The position numbers were made by a program, and so were the translations under genes. Below are positions 15,515 through 17,854 of a stretch of DNA of 17,854 nt, in pieces. Source of the stretch: Candidatus Aegiribacteria sp. (GTDB lineage: Bacteria > Fermentibacterota > Fermentibacteria > Fermentibacterales > JCC-6); contig JAWOBF010000104.1 in NCBI GenBank assembly GCA_046498225.1, forward strand, positions 1 through 17,854. Direction: 5' to 3'. Each line of letters begins with the position of its first letter. The stretch's first letter is position 1. A model generated the notes under the pieces. The model was not told the origin of the DNA and ran no database searches. It was given only the letters and a program-made list of their open reading frames with translations.

Positions 15515-16603
15515 ATGTCTGAAGTCTACTTCCTGCCTGCGCCTAAGACATCCCGGGCCGGATGCTTCCGGGAGCTGCTGAAAGAGGTCCGCTCAGGGAA
15601 GGAACTTCGGCCCACGGACATTATGGCGGTCAAGCTCCATCCGGGAGAGGAGGGTAATACTTCCTATGTAAGGCCGGAAGACGCGGTCGAAGTAATTCGG
15701 GCCTTCCGGCCGGGGACGGACAGGATCTTTCTCACGGATACCACCGTTCTTTACCCGGGAAGGAGACGGAACTCCCCGGACTACCTCGGGCTGGCCCGGG
15801 AGCATGGCTTCGGTCTGCCCGATACACCTCCCTTCGTGGTAGCCGACGGCCTTCGCGGGGAGAGCGCGGTGAAAGTAACCACTCCGGACGGGTTCCACAC
15901 TGAAGAGGCGCACATAGCGTCCCTCATATCCACGGCCGACGCCATGCTGGTAATAAGCCACTTCAAGGGCCACCTGCTCACCGGCTTCGGGGGCGCTCTG
16001 AAGAACCTGGGAATGGGCTGCGCCTCCAGGGCGGGGAAACTCTACCAGCATTCCTCGGTAAAGCCGGTCATAAAGAAGGAAAAATGCACAGCTTGCGGCA
16101 TCTGCGCCTCCCACTGCCACGTGAACGCCATAACCGTAGCGGAATACGCGACAATTGACAGGGATGAATGCACCGGATGCGGTGAATGCCTCGGCCGCTG
16201 TCCCGAGGGTGCGGTGAGGGTGAGCTGGGACCAGGACATGGACGTATTCATGCGGAGAATGGTGGAATACGCCTGGGCGGCGGTTTCGGTGTCCAACCCC
16301 CTCCTCTACGTGAACTTCGTCAACTCCGTGGTCCCGGACTGCGACTGCATGCAGGACACCGGGCCCGCCTTCGTGGACGACATCGGCGTCCTGGCTTCCA
16401 CAGACCCGGTGGCCGTCGACAGGGCCTCACTGGACCTGGTGACAGCCGCCCCCCCGGCCGAGGATTCCCCCTCGCCAGCGGGACCGGGCAGGGACAAGTT
16501 CAGGGCTCACAGGCCCGACGTCGACGGTGAGCTTCAGCTGAAAATCGCTGCGGAACTGGGGCTGGGCTCCCCGGACTACAGGCTGGTGGAAGTCTGCCGG
16601 TGA
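15515..16603 (+). CDS. DUF362-domain Fe-S protein with 2x[4Fe-4S] ferredoxin insert
   Basis: AVKLHPGE, SHFKGH, GFGGALKNLGMGC, CTACGICASHC, CTGCGECLGRCP, PDCDC, DIGVLASTDPVAVD. AAAGGA upstream. Confidence 0.9.
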   Translation: MSEVYFLPAPKTSRAGCFRELLKEVRSGKELRPTDIMAVKLHPGEEGNTSYVRPEDAVEVIRAFRPGTDRIFLTDTTVLYPGRRRNSPDYLGLAREHGFGLPDTPPFVVADGLRGESAVKVTTPDGFHTEEAHIASLISTADAMLVISHFKGHLLTGFGGALKNLGMGCASRAGKLYQHSSVKPVIKKEKCTACGICASHCHVNAITVAEYATIDRDECTGCGECLGRCPEGAVRVSWDQDMDVFMRRMVEYAWAAVSVSNPLLYVNFVNSVVPDCDCMQDTGPAFVDDIGVLASTDPVAVDRASLDLVTAAPPAEDSPSPAGPGRDKFRAHRPDVDGELQLKIAAELGLGSPDYRLVEVCR

Positions 16604-16688
16604 CAGATCCCCCCGGAAGGGCGGAACCCTGATGATTCGAGTATATTTTCCGGCAATGATCCGATATTTATTCAAAGGGGGTATAATC

Positions 16689-17813
16689 ATGAAATATTCT
16701 GCAGCAGGTGTGCTCTTAATGCTTCTGGCAGCCGGGTGCGGCGGCGACGGCAGCGGCGAAACCGCCGCCGGCGACGTTCCGACCCTTCCGGTGGACACTC
16801 TCCGGGTGTCCCTGGAGATAGGCGATGAACTGGGGGATTCCACTGAGACCTTCGGGGCCATAGTCGACGTCATGTTCGACGATGAGGGAAACATACTGGT
16901 CCTGGACCAGGTGGAGGCGGCGCTGAAGGTCTATACTCCCGAGGGCGGGTACGTCCGCCACGCCGCAAGACGGGGAAGCGGGCCGGGAGAACTGGGAATG
17001 CCCTGGGACATGTTCGCCTTTCCCGACGGCAGGCTGATGGTGATGGACCCCATGAAGCAGGGCTTCGTCGTTTTCGACGATTCGCTGGAGTTCGTGGAGG
17101 AGATACAGCTCTGGACCCAGAACCCCCCCTTCTTCGGCACCGCTGTCTCGCAGGACCGGTTCGCAGCCTACAAGATAGACACCGACATGGCCGGAAACAA
17201 CATAGTGACCAGAAGAACGGTGGCCGTCTACTCCTACGGCGAGGAGGAATGGGACCGGGTGCTGTGGCAGGATTCCATGGTCACCAGCATGAACGAGGTC
17301 ATGGAGAATCCATCGCTGCTCATACGCGACCTCATCGACCCGCTGTCCATAGCATCGGACGGTTCAGGTGGAATATTCTTCTCACTCAAGGACGGCGAGG
17401 ACTACACCGTGACCGGCTGGGACATTTCCGGCGAGGAGATACTCAGCATATCCATGGACCTCTCCCCGGTGGAGAAGACCCCGGAGGAGATAGCCGCCGA
17501 GAGCCTGTACGTGAGCAACTACATAGGCAGGATGAGCGGAGGAGGGGGATTCCCGTTCGAGTTCCAGCCGGACCCCTTCAAGGACATGGTAACGGACCTG
17601 GATACGGGGCCCGACGGAAATCTGTGGGTCAGACGGGGCACCATGAACACCCCGTTCTTCGATATCTTCGACCCCGCTTCCGGTGAGCTGCTGCACCACG
17701 CGGTCTTCCCGGCGGAGGGATGGAGCTGGAAGCTGGAAGTCTCGGAAAGGGGCATCATGGCCTGGGAGGAGGACCCAGAACTGGGCTACCAGAAACTCTA
17801 CGTACTGGAATGA
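16689..17813 (+). CDS. Lipoprotein, probable 6-bladed beta-propeller (NHL/DUF5128-like)
   Basis: Signal MKYSAAGVLLMLLAAG-C (lipobox). Propeller-blade-like repeats DDEGNILVLD, GSGPGEL, PDGRLMVMD, GPDGNLWV. ATG 16689 has AAGGGG upstream. Confidence 0.8.
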   Translation: MKYSAAGVLLMLLAAGCGGDGSGETAAGDVPTLPVDTLRVSLEIGDELGDSTETFGAIVDVMFDDEGNILVLDQVEAALKVYTPEGGYVRHAARRGSGPGELGMPWDMFAFPDGRLMVMDPMKQGFVVFDDSLEFVEEIQLWTQNPPFFGTAVSQDRFAAYKIDTDMAGNNIVTRRTVAVYSYGEEEWDRVLWQDSMVTSMNEVMENPSLLIRDLIDPLSIASDGSGGIFFSLKDGEDYTVTGWDISGEEILSISMDLSPVEKTPEEIAAESLYVSNYIGRMSGGGGFPFEFQPDPFKDMVTDLDTGPDGNLWVRRGTMNTPFFDIFDPASGELLHHAVFPAEGWSWKLEVSERGIMAWEEDPELGYQKLYVLE

Positions 17814-17854
17814 AAAGGGGACGGAGGGTTTTTATTCTCCCAACACAATTAATT

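Noticed and set aside
14058..15581. 507-aa plus-strand ORF
   Set aside because: Antisense to alr and the MBL gene. Long shadow ORFs are expected at this GC content.
17823..17840. GGAGGG/TTCTCC hairpin after the lipoprotein gene
   Set aside because: Weak stem with G-U pairs and no U-tract, at the window edge.
1..17854. CRISPR arrays, tRNA or rRNA genes, tandem DNA repeats
   Set aside because: None seen. Intergenic gaps are at most about 260 nt and contain no repeat-spacer periodicity or cloverleaf signatures.

Overview
GC-rich, gene-dense bacterial chromosomal window with about 16 CDSs and no rRNA, tRNA, CRISPR array or mobile element that I can support. Left to right: a class II fructose-bisphosphate aldolase on the minus strand that runs off the left edge and is missing from the ORF track; a divergent KtrB/TrkH + KtrA/TrkA K+ uptake pair; a convergent lepB + hypothetical pair; mscS + radC; a minus-strand block of three uncharacterised genes; a tightly coupled minus-strand operon (alr, class II cyclic-nucleotide phosphodiesterase-like MBL protein, NamZ/DUF1343, metallophosphoesterase, leuC-like, leuD-like); a DUF362 Fe-S protein; and a beta-propeller-type lipoprotein. 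Most of this is housekeeping. The best candidates for something undescribed are: (i) the 7422-9777 block, with a promoter, a structured ~150-nt leader, an internally duplicated membrane protein, a terminator and two helical proteins that align by eye as distant paralogs; (ii) a LeuC/LeuD-like enzyme whose aconitase-family DH motif reads DC and which sits outside a leucine operon; (iii) a signal-peptide-less NamZ homologue with PQHG in place of PEHG. All calls come from motif recognition by eye; no searches were run.
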